Positions 7,971 through 16,830 of a DNA stretch of 45,685 bases are shown in pieces. Below the pieces are notes generated by a model. The model was given only the letters and a program-made list of their open reading frames with translations. It was not told the DNA's origin and searched no databases. The DNA comes from Clostridia bacterium (lineage in GTDB: Bacteria; Bacillota; Clostridia; Christensenellales; CAG-1252), in the NCBI GenBank assembly GCA_017455605.1, contig JAFSZO010000096.1, positions 1-45,685 of the forward strand. Direction: 5' to 3'. A program made the position numbers and the translations under genes. Position 1 is the first letter of the stretch, and each line of letters starts with the position of its first letter.

Positions 7971-8222
7971 GTTCTACGTGGAACGTTGCTTATGCTTCGT
8001 CGGGAACGCCTCTTGCGTCGACGATCCGCTCGTTGTGTTTTTGCCGCGCTTCACTTTCTCTTCGGGGGTGCGTTCGCTGATGTTCCTCGTCGGTAATGTC
8101 AAGCACAAAGCCATAATATATTGCGGTTTATCCGAACATGACGAGCGCTGCTTGTTCGGTTGTTCTACGTGGAACATCGATTCTTTGGTGGGCTATTTGT
8201 GTTGATTTGTTCCACGTGGAAC
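7971..8222. repeat. Three copies of a 14-bp palindrome GTTC(T/C)ACGTGGAAC
   Basis: Copies at 7971-7984, 8162-8175 and 8209-8222. The last copy is a perfect palindrome and starts 3 nt after the Fe-ADH stop. Confidence 0.7.
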
Positions 8223-8224
8223 GC

Positions 8225-9385
8225 TCAATAGGCGGCGTTCAGCAAGGCAAGGAAATCGTCCTTTGTGATGGGGGCAAAGGCGGCGATTGCGGCGCGGGTG
8301 TTGGAGGCTGCCTCGGCGATTTTCCCGAAGTCTTCTCTGTTGATCTTTGTTTGGCTGATCTTGGTCGGTATGTTGCTGATCTCTCTTAGTTTTTCGAGTA
8401 GCGTTGCGATCTCTTTGATCGTTCTTTGCGTCCTTTCTGCGTTGGGCGTGTCTGCGTATTCGTCTGCGCCGACGATGGCGAGCAGCATATTTTTCACACG
8501 TTTTTGCGCGTATTTGAGCGCGGATTCGAGGGAGGGGACAAGCGTCAGGGCGTACATTTCCTCGAGGGGTTCTCCCGTCACGTCCGCCATTCCTTTGGCG
8601 AGGGCGTGGGCGGCTCCGTAGGGTGCTTCCGCGTAGGCGATGCCCGCCAGCGTGCCGGCGAGGACCGTCGCGCGGCAAGAGTCTTCGTCCTCTCCGTTTT
8701 CTACGGCTTTCAGTAGATGTTTTGACAGGAGTCTGATCGCTTTTTCCGCGTAGATCTCGATGGGGCTCTCTTCTTCCGTGTTTAGGTATGCGTCGATGGC
8801 GTTTGCCAGCGCCGCTACGCCGCATGCTGCAACGGTGCGGGTGGGGGCGGTTAGCGCGACCTCTTCGTCGATGATGACCACGTTGGGCACGAGGGAGCGT
8901 GAGGAAACGTAGGTTTCGTTCGTTTCGAGATATCCGCCCGCCTCTTTTCCCGTTCCGCTTTCCGTGGGGATGACGATCAAGGGGATCTCTTTTGTTTTCG
9001 CGTTTCCGATGCCGACCATCGGGACGAGTTCATCGCAATCTTCCGTTAAAAACAGACGTGCGCATTTCGCCGATTCCAGCACGGGGTCTCCGCCGATCGC
9101 AATGATCGCGTCGCATTTTTTGTCGGTATACACGGCTTTGATCTTTCTCGCTTCCTCCTCTTGAAAGACGGTCTTATCGTATTCGTACGTTCCGCCCTCT
9201 TTGACGGACGCCGTGTTGATCACGTTTTTGACCTTAGCGACCACGCCGAGCTTTTGTGAGGCGGATGATACGAGAAAGAGCGGCTTTTTTGCGCCGTAAT
9301 ACGCCAGTTCCGTCGGAATGGTCGACAGGGCGTTTTCCCCGCAGTTGATCTTTACTCCGTTTTGAAACTCAAAATATTTACGCAT
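8225..9385 (-). CDS. Iron-containing alcohol dehydrogenase family protein, non-canonical (metal-ligand motifs substituted)
   Basis: 386 aa from MRKYFEFQNG. Fe-ADH fold signatures are present (IAIGGDPVLESAK, VIPTESGTGKE). The canonical GGGS and DAxxH motifs read GGDP and AALAN. The long Arg-rich ORF-track extension to 9760 was rejected. Confidence 0.8.
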   Translation of the reverse strand: MRKYFEFQNGVKINCGENALSTIPTELAYYGAKKPLFLVSSASQKLGVVAKVKNVINTASVKEGGTYEYDKTVFQEEEARKIKAVYTDKKCDAIIAIGGDPVLESAKCARLFLTEDCDELVPMVGIGNAKTKEIPLIVIPTESGTGKEAGGYLETNETYVSSRSLVPNVVIIDEEVALTAPTRTVAACGVAALANAIDAYLNTEEESPIEIYAEKAIRLLSKHLLKAVENGEDEDSCRATVLAGTLAGIAYAEAPYGAAHALAKGMADVTGEPLEEMYALTLVPSLESALKYAQKRVKNMLLAIVGADEYADTPNAERTQRTIKEIATLLEKLREISNIPTKISQTKINREDFGKIAEAASNTRAAIAAFAPITKDDFLALLNAAY

Positions 9386-9387
9386 AA

Positions 9388-9855
9388 TCAATCCTCTCTT
9401 TTCTTGCCGTAGAGTTCTCGGTATTCCTCGTTCGGCAGGAGCGCGCGGTCTCCTTCGGCGCCTGCGCGTATGAGCGCGGCGAGATGTGCGGTCTTGCCCG
9501 CGTAGGTCAGGCGACCCTCTGCGAGCGCGCGTTGTAGAGTGCATTCTCGGGCGACGATGTCGCCGAGTACGGCGAGATCTTCCAGCCTGATCTTTATCGT
9601 AACGTCGGATATTTCCGTCCTTTTCATCGTGCGGAGCAGGTTTCCTTCTTTGATGAGGCGTACCTTGGCGTTCGGCGCTTCGAACTCCACCGTGAAGACG
9701 CCCGGGAGCCCGTACAGGATCTCGTCGCCCGCCCGTTCGGACGCCTCTCCCGCGTGGCAAAGCGCGCCGGCGAGACGACGCAGGGCGATGCCTGCGAAGA
9801 GAGCGGATATTTTGCGGGAAAGCCCGCCGTTTACTTTCGGTTGCTTTTCTTTCAT
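9388..9855 (-). CDS. SCP2 (sterol-carrier-like) domain protein
   Basis: 155 aa. The pattern IKIRLEDLAVLGDIV....LQRALAEGRLTYAGKTAHLAALI resembles the SCP2 C-terminal half. It stops 2 nt before the Fe-ADH start. Confidence 0.5.
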   Translation of the reverse strand: MKEKQPKVNGGLSRKISALFAGIALRRLAGALCHAGEASERAGDEILYGLPGVFTVEFEAPNAKVRLIKEGNLLRTMKRTEISDVTIKIRLEDLAVLGDIVARECTLQRALAEGRLTYAGKTAHLAALIRAGAEGDRALLPNEEYRELYGKKRED

Positions 9856-9887
9856 TCTTTTACTGTATCACCGACCGCGCCCGAAAG

Positions 9888-11018
9888 TCAATCGAACGAG
9901 CGGAGCATGGCTACCGCATGGGCGGCGATCCCCTTTTCTTCGCCGACGATCCCCAGCCCTTCCGTCGTGGTGGCGGCGATCTTCACCGCGCCGTGGGCGA
10001 TTTCGAGCGTTTTCGCGATCGTGCTCTCCATCTCCGAGAGGTAGGGCGCGAGTTTCGGCTTTTCCGCCATCACGGTCGCAGAGACGTTGACCGGGGCGAA
10101 TCCCTTTTCTTTAATAAGCGCCGCAACTTTCTTTAATAGTTTGATGCTATAGGCGTCTTTGTATTTCGGATCGCTCGGCGGGAAGTAGTGCCCGATGTCG
10201 GGCAGTCCCGCTGCGGTCAGCAGGGCGTCCATCACGGCGTGTGTGAGCGCGTCCGCGTCACTGTGTCCGACGAGTCCTTTGTCGTGTTCGATCCGCACGC
10301 CGCCGAGGACCAACGAGCGTCCTTCTTCGAGTCGGTGCGCGTCGTAGCCGACGCCGACGCGAGAGGCGGTATCTCTGTATATGTCGGATAAATAGGTGAT
10401 TTTCTCGTTTTCTACGTCGCCGCCGAACAGCGTGGGGGAGCCGTATATCCGCTCGTACAGGGTGGCGTCGTCCGTCGCTTTTTCGCCGGACTTGTAGGCG
10501 GCGAGGATCTCGCGCAAACGGAAACATTGCGGGGTCTGGACCCGCCCGACGTGCGTTCTGTCGAGCGTGCTGCTCGTCTCGTCTTCGTAGACGGTCCGCA
10601 GGGAATCGACGACGGGGACGATGGGCACGGCGCTACCCGCTTCGCGCGCGATGATCATCGCCTTGCGGATCAGGGAGCCGGTCACGTAGGGTCTGGCGCC
10701 GTCGTGGATCGCGACGAGGCAGTCGGGGCTGTCCGCCGCGAGCTTTTTCGCTTCCTCGAGGGCGAGGCGCACGCTTTCGGTGCGGTCGCTCCCTCCCGCG
10801 ATCACGATGCAGGGCAGGGGTGCGTCCGTAAAGAGGGCTCGCGCCTCCGCGACGCGTTCCTCGCGTACGACCACGATCACCTCCTCGATGAGAGGTGCGT
10901 TGAAAAACGGCTCGGTCGCCCGCAAAAAGATGGGTTTGCCGCCCAGTTTGACCCAAACCTTGTCTACGCCCGCTCTTTCGCCTTTCCCGGCTGCTACGAT
11001 GATGGCTATTCCGTTCAT
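9888..11018 (-). CDS. ispDF: Bifunctional 2-C-methyl-D-erythritol 4-phosphate cytidylyltransferase / 2,4-cyclodiphosphate synthase
   Basis: 376 aa. N-terminal IspD (IIVAAGKGER, HDGARP, VQTPQ) fused to C-terminal IspF (RVGVGYDAHRL, GHSDADALTHA). Confidence 0.9.
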   Translation of the reverse strand: MNGIAIIVAAGKGERAGVDKVWVKLGGKPIFLRATEPFFNAPLIEEVIVVVREERVAEARALFTDAPLPCIVIAGGSDRTESVRLALEEAKKLAADSPDCLVAIHDGARPYVTGSLIRKAMIIAREAGSAVPIVPVVDSLRTVYEDETSSTLDRTHVGRVQTPQCFRLREILAAYKSGEKATDDATLYERIYGSPTLFGGDVENEKITYLSDIYRDTASRVGVGYDAHRLEEGRSLVLGGVRIEHDKGLVGHSDADALTHAVMDALLTAAGLPDIGHYFPPSDPKYKDAYSIKLLKKVAALIKEKGFAPVNVSATVMAEKPKLAPYLSEMESTIAKTLEIAHGAVKIAATTTEGLGIVGEEKGIAAHAVAMLRSFD

Positions 11019-11047
11019 TATACCTCGTTATTCCTTTTCCGAAGGGC

Positions 11048-11290
11048 TCAATCTATGACCTCGTACATCGCCGTCGCGTCCGCTTTCTTGGTGGTCTCGA
11101 GGAGAGCGGTGACCCGCACCTTGAGGGTGGTGTTGCCGTAGACGATCTCGATGACGTCGCCGACCTTGACCTCTTTCGCGGGTTTCGCTTCCTTGCCGTT
11201 CAAGAGCACGCGCGAAGCGGAACAGGCGTCCGCCGCAACGGTCCTGCGCTTGATGAGTCTGCTGGTCTTTAAGTATTTGTCGAGTCTCAT
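11048..11290 (-). CDS. rqcP: S4-domain RNA-binding protein RqcP/YabO
   Basis: 80 aa. MRLDKYLKTSRLIKRRT... is close to B. subtilis YabO by recall. Confidence 0.8.
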   Translation of the reverse strand: MRLDKYLKTSRLIKRRTVAADACSASRVLLNGKEAKPAKEVKVGDVIEIVYGNTTLKVRVTALLETTKKADATAMYEVID

Positions 11291-11430
11291 AGCGATATAT
11301 TACCACAATCGCGCGATGAACACAAGACGGGGACGCCCATTCGCGCGAGAAAAAGCGGCCGCCCCCCGAAAAATCCTCGTTTTTTGTAAAAAGAGGCAAC
11401 TCTCGGTTCGGTTCGTGCTACAATATCGAT

Positions 11431-12555
11431 ATGGAAAACGTGACCAAAACGCCTATGACCGAAAACGACGCCTATCTGCGCGGCATCCGCGCGGGTGTCT
11501 TCGGACTGGTCTCCAACGCCTTGCTCTTCGCCGCGAAGCTCACGACGGGTCTCTTGATCCACAGCATCGCGGTCGTCGCCGACGCTTTCAACAACCTGTC
11601 CGACGGCGCGAGCGGCGCGGTCACGATCGCGGGATACAAGCTCGCTTCCCGTCCTGCGGATCGCGAACATCCCTTTGGACACGCGCGTTTCGAGTACATC
11701 GCCGCTTTGACCGTCACCATCGTGATGTTTATGATCGGCGCGATCTTTTTGAAGGAGTCGATCGAGGGGATCCTCGCGGGACCTTCCGCGCCCGAGATCG
11801 GCGTCTACGCTTACGTCGTGCTCGGCGTCTCGATCCTCGTCAAGGGCGCGCAGGCGGTCGTCTACGGTCTGTCCTACAAGAGGACGAGATCCCTCCCGAT
11901 GAAGGCGGCGGCGACGGACAGCCTCGGCGATATGATCGTTACGTCGGGCGCGCTCCTGTCCGCCGTGCTTTGGCAGACGACGGGCGTAGACCTCGACGGG
12001 TGGTTCGGCGCGGCGATCTCCCTCTTTATCCTCTTTACGGCGGTGCGGCTGATGAAGGAGGGGGTCTCCCCGCTGCTCGGCGCGGCTCCGTCCGAGGAGC
12101 TTGTCGGCGCGATAAAAGGCAAGGTCGCCTCTTTTAGAGGCGTGCTCGGCGTGCACGACGTCGTGATACACAGTTACGGCGCGGCGCGCGTCTATGCGGT
12201 GATCGACGTCGAGATCGCCGCGGATACCCCGCTCACCGTAGCGCACGCCCTCGCGGACAAGATCGAACGGGAGGTTTCCCGTGACCTCGGCGTCCGCCTC
12301 GTCGTACACGTCGACCCGCGCACGACGGAGAAGGCGGCGTCCGAACGCGCCGCTTGGGTGCGAGCGCGCCTTGCCGAGCGTTTCGAGGGCGTGTCCACCC
12401 ACGACCTCCGCGTAGTGGAGGAGGACGGGCGGGTGCGCGTCTACTTCGACGCGGAGATCCCGTACGAGTCCGATCTGACAGCGGAGGAGATCGTTTCCGC
12501 GCTCACCGCCGCCGATCCGACCTGCGAGTATGTCGTGGGCGTGGATAGGAAATAA
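11431..12555 (+). CDS. Cation diffusion facilitator (CDF) family transporter
   Basis: 374 aa. HSIAVVADAFNNLSD and the FGHARFE motif, six TM segments, C-terminal cytoplasmic domain. Confidence 0.88.
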   Translation: MENVTKTPMTENDAYLRGIRAGVFGLVSNALLFAAKLTTGLLIHSIAVVADAFNNLSDGASGAVTIAGYKLASRPADREHPFGHARFEYIAALTVTIVMFMIGAIFLKESIEGILAGPSAPEIGVYAYVVLGVSILVKGAQAVVYGLSYKRTRSLPMKAAATDSLGDMIVTSGALLSAVLWQTTGVDLDGWFGAAISLFILFTAVRLMKEGVSPLLGAAPSEELVGAIKGKVASFRGVLGVHDVVIHSYGAARVYAVIDVEIAADTPLTVAHALADKIEREVSRDLGVRLVVHVDPRTTEKAASERAAWVRARLAERFEGVSTHDLRVVEEDGRVRVYFDAEIPYESDLTAEEIVSALTAADPTCEYVVGVDRK

Positions 12556-12576
12556 CGCGCGTCGTGTCCGCACGTA

Positions 12577-12605
12577 TTGACACTTCGCGCGAAAAGTGCT
12601 AAAAT
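12577..12605 (+). promoter_or_regulatory. Sigma-A promoter of the canonical Fe-ADH gene
   Basis: TTGACA (12577-12582), 17 nt spacer, TAAAAT (12600-12605). The spacer contains the inverted repeat CACTT-N8-AAGTG. AAAGGAGA RBS precedes the ATG at 12639. Confidence 0.65.
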
Positions 12606-12638
12606 TGCAAATAACCTAATGAAAGGAGATTTTTTACT

Positions 12639-13853
12639 ATGGGTTTGAACAAATGCAAGTTATTCGACAGAGCGTTCCAAAAGGTGATGTACGTCGGTCT
12701 CGCGATGATGCACTGGCGTGAGCCGGAGAAGATCATGGGCGCGGGCAGTCTGAAGACGGTCGCAGCCAAGCTCGGCGAGCTGGGGCTCAATCATCCCTTG
12801 ATCGTGACGGACGGCTACCTTCATAGCATTCGCATTTACGCCCCCTTGACCGACGAGATGGATCGCCTCGGCATCCCCTATTCGATCTACGGCGAGGCGG
12901 TGCCCAACCCCACGGTGCATAACATTGCGGCGGCGTACAAGCTCTACACCGAGGAGGGATGCGACTGCCTGATCGCGATCGGCGGCGGCTCTTCGATGGA
13001 CTGCGCCAAAGGTTGCGGCGCGCAGGTGGCGAACCCGAACCGCACCCTCGCCCAGATGAAGGGCCTCTTGAAGGTGCGCAAGAATATCCCGACCCTCTTT
13101 GCCGTGCCGACTACGGCAGGCACCGGCAGCGAGGTCACCGTGACGGCGGTCATCACCAACCCCGAAAAGCGTGACAAGTACCTGATGAACGACCTCCACC
13201 TGATCCCGCACTACGCCGTGCTCGATCCGACCCTGACCTACGATCTGCCCAAACACGTGACCTCTACGACCGGTATGGACACGCTGACCCACGCAGTCGA
13301 GGCGTATATCGGTAGCGCGAACACCAAGCGCACCAAGGAGAACGCCCTCGCGGCGGTAAAGCTGGTCTTTGAGAACCTGCTCACCGCCTACGAAGACGGG
13401 CACAACGAGGAGGCGCGCCAAAACATGCAGGTCGCGTCCTACCGCGCCGGTCTCGCGTTTACCCGCGCCTACGTCGGCACCGTGCACGCCCTCGCGCACG
13501 CGATCGGCGGCTTCTACGGCGTGCCGCACGGACTGGCGAACGCCGTGCTTCTGCCCGTCGTCCTGCGCGCCTATGGCAAGTCCGCGCACAAGAAGCTCGC
13601 GGAGCTCGCCGACCTCGTCGGCATCAAGGGTGAGACCGCGGAAGAGAAGGCGAACGCTTTCATCGCGGCGATCGAGGACCTCAACAAGAAGATGGAGATC
13701 GGCGACAAGATCGGCGGCAAGTGGAAGATCCTCGACGAGGACCTGCCCGCTCTCGCGAAGCATGCCTTTGACGAGACCAACCCGCTGTATCCGGTGCCGA
13801 AGATACTGTCCGAGAAGGAACTTATCGGGCTGTATAAACTCATCCAAGAGTAA
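12639..13853 (+). CDS. Iron-containing alcohol dehydrogenase (canonical motifs)
   Basis: 404 aa. GGGSSMDCAKG, TGMDTLTHAVEAY and HALAHAIGG..GVPHGLANA are all present. Confidence 0.9.
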   Translation: MGLNKCKLFDRAFQKVMYVGLAMMHWREPEKIMGAGSLKTVAAKLGELGLNHPLIVTDGYLHSIRIYAPLTDEMDRLGIPYSIYGEAVPNPTVHNIAAAYKLYTEEGCDCLIAIGGGSSMDCAKGCGAQVANPNRTLAQMKGLLKVRKNIPTLFAVPTTAGTGSEVTVTAVITNPEKRDKYLMNDLHLIPHYAVLDPTLTYDLPKHVTSTTGMDTLTHAVEAYIGSANTKRTKENALAAVKLVFENLLTAYEDGHNEEARQNMQVASYRAGLAFTRAYVGTVHALAHAIGGFYGVPHGLANAVLLPVVLRAYGKSAHKKLAELADLVGIKGETAEEKANAFIAAIEDLNKKMEIGDKIGGKWKILDEDLPALAKHAFDETNPLYPVPKILSEKELIGLYKLIQE

Positions 13854-13895
13854 CGAGCGCGGATAGCGGCACGTATACTTCGCTAACTATTTCAG

Positions 13896-13940
13896 AAACG
13901 GGCAGTTACGTACAAGGAGTACGCGCCTGCCCGTTTCTTC
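13896..13940 (+). terminator. Intrinsic terminator (same conserved module as 4072-4115)
   Basis: AAACGGGCAG ... CTGCCCGTTT stem enclosing the same TTACGTAC..AGTACGCGC core. The T-tract is weak (TTTCTTC). Confidence 0.55.
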
Positions 13941-14110
13941 AAAGAGCGCTCGTCTCCGCACCACTCTCCGCGCTCGTTATAGGGGGATGTGTCGAGCCTC
14001 GCATCTGCACCCTTCTTCGTTGCCTTTCGCTCGGCAATGAGCGTGAGTGTTTCCTCTCGCGTCGCGAGATGGGGCGTAAAAAGCCAATAGCGGAAATTCG
14101 GAAATTGAAA
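13941..14110. repeat. Intergenic repeat block, copy D
   Basis: Shares gagcgctcgtctc with block C. Shares cctcgcatctgcacccttct (13997-14017) with block E. Has tandem CGGAAATT x2 at 14091-14106. Confidence 0.65.
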
Positions 14111-14126
14111 GAAACAAAAGGAAAAT

Positions 14127-14570
14127 ATGTCTCACAAAGAACTTGCGATATCATATTTCAAATCGGGATTTAATTGCGCGCAGTCCGTCGTGATGGCGTT
14201 TCGCGATTTGACGGGGCTTTCGGAGAGTGAGAGCGCACGGCTCGCCTCTTCTTTCGGCGGCGGGCTGGGGCGGCTTCGTGAAGTGTGCGGCGCGGTCAGC
14301 GGGATGGCGATCGTGGCGGGCATTTTGTACGGCTACGACGACCCGAAGGTCATCGGCGCCTCGGCGGCGCATTATGCCCGCGTGCAGGAGCTCGCGAATG
14401 CGTTCCGCGCTCGCAACGGGTCCATCGTCTGTCGCGAACTGCTCGGCGGGGCGGCGGCTACCAACCCCACGCCCGAGGCGCGCACGGCGGAGTACTACAA
14501 AAAGCGCCCTTGCGCAGAGCTCGTCGGCGACGCCGCGGAGATCTTGGACGAGTATATCGCAAGGCAATAA
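14127..14570 (+). CDS. C_GCAxxG_C_C family protein
   Basis: 147 aa. FNCAQSV, CGAVSG and the C-terminal Cys residues in the family-typical arrangement. Confidence 0.85.
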   Translation: MSHKELAISYFKSGFNCAQSVVMAFRDLTGLSESESARLASSFGGGLGRLREVCGAVSGMAIVAGILYGYDDPKVIGASAAHYARVQELANAFRARNGSIVCRELLGGAAATNPTPEARTAEYYKKRPCAELVGDAAEILDEYIARQ

Positions 14571-14612
14571 ACGGCGCACGATCAAGGGAGACCATAGGGA
14601 GAACGAGCGTAT

Positions 14613-15200
14613 ATGAAGATCTATCTGTTGGAGAGGAGCGAACGAAAGGCGCAGGCGCTTCGCGAGGCGTTTGCGAAGGAAGACGTCGAGGTCATTTGCG
14701 ACGAGTTTGAGAACTTTATGCGGACGCACGAGGTCGAATGCGTCGTGTCCCCTGCGAATGCGTTCGGGTTGATGGACGGCGGCTACGACGCCGCGATCAC
14801 CGCTTGGTTCGGCGAGCAGCTCCCAAAGCGGGTGCAGCGCTACATCTTGGAGAATTATTACGGGGAGCAGCCCGTCGGCACGAGCTTCCTGATCGACGCG
14901 GGGCGGGACGGGCAAAAGCTGATCCATACGCCGACGATGCGGGTGCCGTCTAAGATCCTCGACCCCGCCGTCGTGTATCAGTCGATGCGTACCACCTTGA
15001 TGACGGCGCTCGGCGCGGGGGTGAGAAGCATCGTGATCCCCGTCTTCGGCGGCAGGACGGGCGGGGTCCCGGATGGGCTCGCCGCCAAGATGATGTGGCT
15101 CGGCTACGATCAGGTCATGCGCCCGAACCGCACGATCGACTGGGAGACGGTCTGGGACAGCGACGACCGATGGATCGCCCTCGGCGTGAAAAACGGCTGA
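14613..15200 (+). CDS. Macro-domain (ADP-ribose-binding/hydrolase-like) protein
   Basis: 195 aa. VSPANAFGLMDGGYDAAI and IVIPVFGGRTGGV resemble macro-domain Gly-rich loops. Confidence 0.7.
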   Translation: MKIYLLERSERKAQALREAFAKEDVEVICDEFENFMRTHEVECVVSPANAFGLMDGGYDAAITAWFGEQLPKRVQRYILENYYGEQPVGTSFLIDAGRDGQKLIHTPTMRVPSKILDPAVVYQSMRTTLMTALGAGVRSIVIPVFGGRTGGVPDGLAAKMMWLGYDQVMRPNRTIDWETVWDSDDRWIALGVKNG

Positions 15201-15236
15201 AGCGCGCATCCTTGCGAAATACCAAAAAACGAAAAG

Positions 15237-15267
15237 AAGGACCGAGGCAATCGCTTCGGTCCTTTTC
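15237..15267. terminator. Bidirectional intrinsic terminator between convergent genes
   Basis: GGACCGA ... TCGGTCC stem flanked by an A-run and a T-run. Confidence 0.65.
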
Positions 15268-15354
15268 GTCGCGTAAACGCGTTCCGTTTGTGTTCGGCGA
15301 TGGGGTGAAGGGGCGGATGTCAGGATGAAACGGTCGTAACGTTGCGCTCCGCAC

Positions 15355-15849
15355 TCACAGATCGTAGGGAAGGGTCTCGTCGATCGTGACGTGCCTTGCG
15401 TTCGTGCTGCTGTGGATGCGCGCCCGCTGACGGGTGACGTATGGTGGGATCTCGGATGGGTTCGACGCGAGGTAGGCGAGCTCCGTGTCCTTGTCGCATT
15501 TCTTTTCGGGGTTCAGGAAGAGGTAGGTGAGATTGGTGCCGAACACGCAGTCGTGCAGTTGCCTGAGCTCGCAGGTGATCTCGTCGTAGACGACCAGCGC
15601 GCGGAAAAAGTCGCAGAATCGATGGGTGACGGCGTCTGTCAGCAGCCCGCCGTCGTCGTAGACTTCGCGTGCGACTTTGAGGTTCGAGCGGATGCGCTCC
15701 GCGTCCTTTTCCACCTCTTGCGCAAAGGCCGCCGGGGCGTAGGTCGCGGCGTCCGTCTGCTTCAGTTTGTCGAACTTTCCCTTGATATGCTCCAGTTGTT
15801 TGATGCGTTTATCCGCTTCTTTCGTCAAGATTTCGTAATTCGCGCTCAT
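15355..15849 (-). CDS. Hypothetical protein
   Basis: 164-aa ORF with host-like codon usage and normal amino-acid composition. No recognisable family. Confidence 0.55.
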   Translation of the reverse strand: MSANYEILTKEADKRIKQLEHIKGKFDKLKQTDAATYAPAAFAQEVEKDAERIRSNLKVAREVYDDGGLLTDAVTHRFCDFFRALVVYDEITCELRQLHDCVFGTNLTYLFLNPEKKCDKDTELAYLASNPSEIPPYVTRQRARIHSSTNARHVTIDETLPYDL

Positions 15850-16082
15850 ATCTCCCTCCGAACCGTATTATACCACGCGCGATGGTCCCTTTCAACGTCA
15901 TCCCCCGCCTTTTCCTTCCTCCGCTCGTGTTTTTTGTCCTTTTTCGACCGAATCCGCGTTCGCTGCTAATCGGATATTGCCATTTCCCGCGGGAGGGAGT
16001 ATAATCGAGGAGGCGGCGGCGAGGAACTGCTTGGGCGTGCGCCACGGGCGCAAGGGCGACCACAACGGAAGAGAGGCGGATC

Positions 16083-16652
16083 GTGAAGGCGAAAGAGACG
16101 ATATACTGCAAGGACAGGGCGGAATGGCGAGCGTGGCTTCAGGCGCATTTCGAGAGTGCGAAGGAGATCTGGTTCGTCTTCCCCTCCAAGGCGTCCGGCA
16201 AAACGGGCGTTTCGTACAACGACGCGGTCGAGGAGGCGCTCTGCTTCGGGTGGATCGACGGACAGGCGGGGGCGCTGGACGAGACGCACCAACTGCGTCG
16301 CTTTACGCCGCGCAGAAAAGGGAGCGCCTATTCGCAGCCCAACGTGGAGCGTTTGATTTGGCTATACGAGCAGGGGATGATCCACCCCAAGGTCCTCGCG
16401 GAGGTGCGTCAGCTCCTCGAGCAGCCATTCGTCTACCCCGAAGATATCTTGTGCGAGATCAAGCGAGACGAGGAGGCGTGGCGGAATTTCCAGCGGTTCA
16501 CCGAGTCGTATAAGCGCATCCGCATCGCCTACGTCGACGCGGCGAGGGACCGCCCCGACGAGTTTCGGAAGCGGCTGGCGAATTTTATCGAAAAGACCAA
16601 GCAAAACAAGTTGGTCGTCGGATACGGCGGGATCGAGAAATATTATCGATAA
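16083..16652 (+). CDS. YdeI/OmpD-associated family protein
   Basis: 189 aa. WRAWL...WFVF...EALCFGWIDG pattern. GTG start with an AGAGAGG RBS. Confidence 0.7.
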   Translation: MKAKETIYCKDRAEWRAWLQAHFESAKEIWFVFPSKASGKTGVSYNDAVEEALCFGWIDGQAGALDETHQLRRFTPRRKGSAYSQPNVERLIWLYEQGMIHPKVLAEVRQLLEQPFVYPEDILCEIKRDEEAWRNFQRFTESYKRIRIAYVDAARDRPDEFRKRLANFIEKTKQNKLVVGYGGIEKYYR

Positions 16653-16821
16653 GAGTCCGTGTTCCCGGGAGCCCGGGGCGCAGCTTTGCCGAAAATGGCA
16701 AAAAACGCGGCGTTCTCTGCCGTTTTTTCTCTCTTTTTACAACGAATGTCGAAAAATGGTAAAACTTGTTGAAAAGTCGTAAAGAATACGAGACTCGGGT
16801 ATGGGCAAACCGTTCTCCGGA

Positions 16822-16830
16822 TGGTACAAT
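16822..16830 (+). promoter_or_regulatory. Possible extended -10 promoter element (TGgTACAAT) for the vWA cassette
   Basis: TGGTACAAT about 215 nt upstream of the ATG at 17044. No convincing -35 element. Confidence 0.3.

Noticed and set aside
7954-8205. 83-aa (+) and 67-aa (-) ORFs between mtnN and the ADH-like gene
   Set aside because: Both begin and end in the palindrome copies. They lack an RBS and have atypical composition. The region is better explained as non-coding repeat DNA.
8225-9760. Long N-terminal extensions in the ORF track: the 511-aa version of the ADH-like gene, the 360-aa queH, the 526-aa kinase, the 163-aa HTH, and the 410-aa SBP
   Set aside because: The extensions are Arg/Pro-rich or overlap the upstream gene. 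Internal ATGs with good RBSs coincide with the start of family homology.
11291-11430. NiCo (czcD-type) riboswitch upstream of the CDF transporter
   Set aside because: I could not recognise the conserved four-way-junction core, and the region is short. It more likely holds divergent promoters.
11287-15209. Long minus-strand ORFs opposite the CDF, Fe-ADH, C_GCAxxG and macro-domain genes (11287-12573, 12660-13847, 14151-15209)
   Set aside because: The same GC-rich antisense artefact applies. The translations are Arg/His/Asp-rich and belong to no family.
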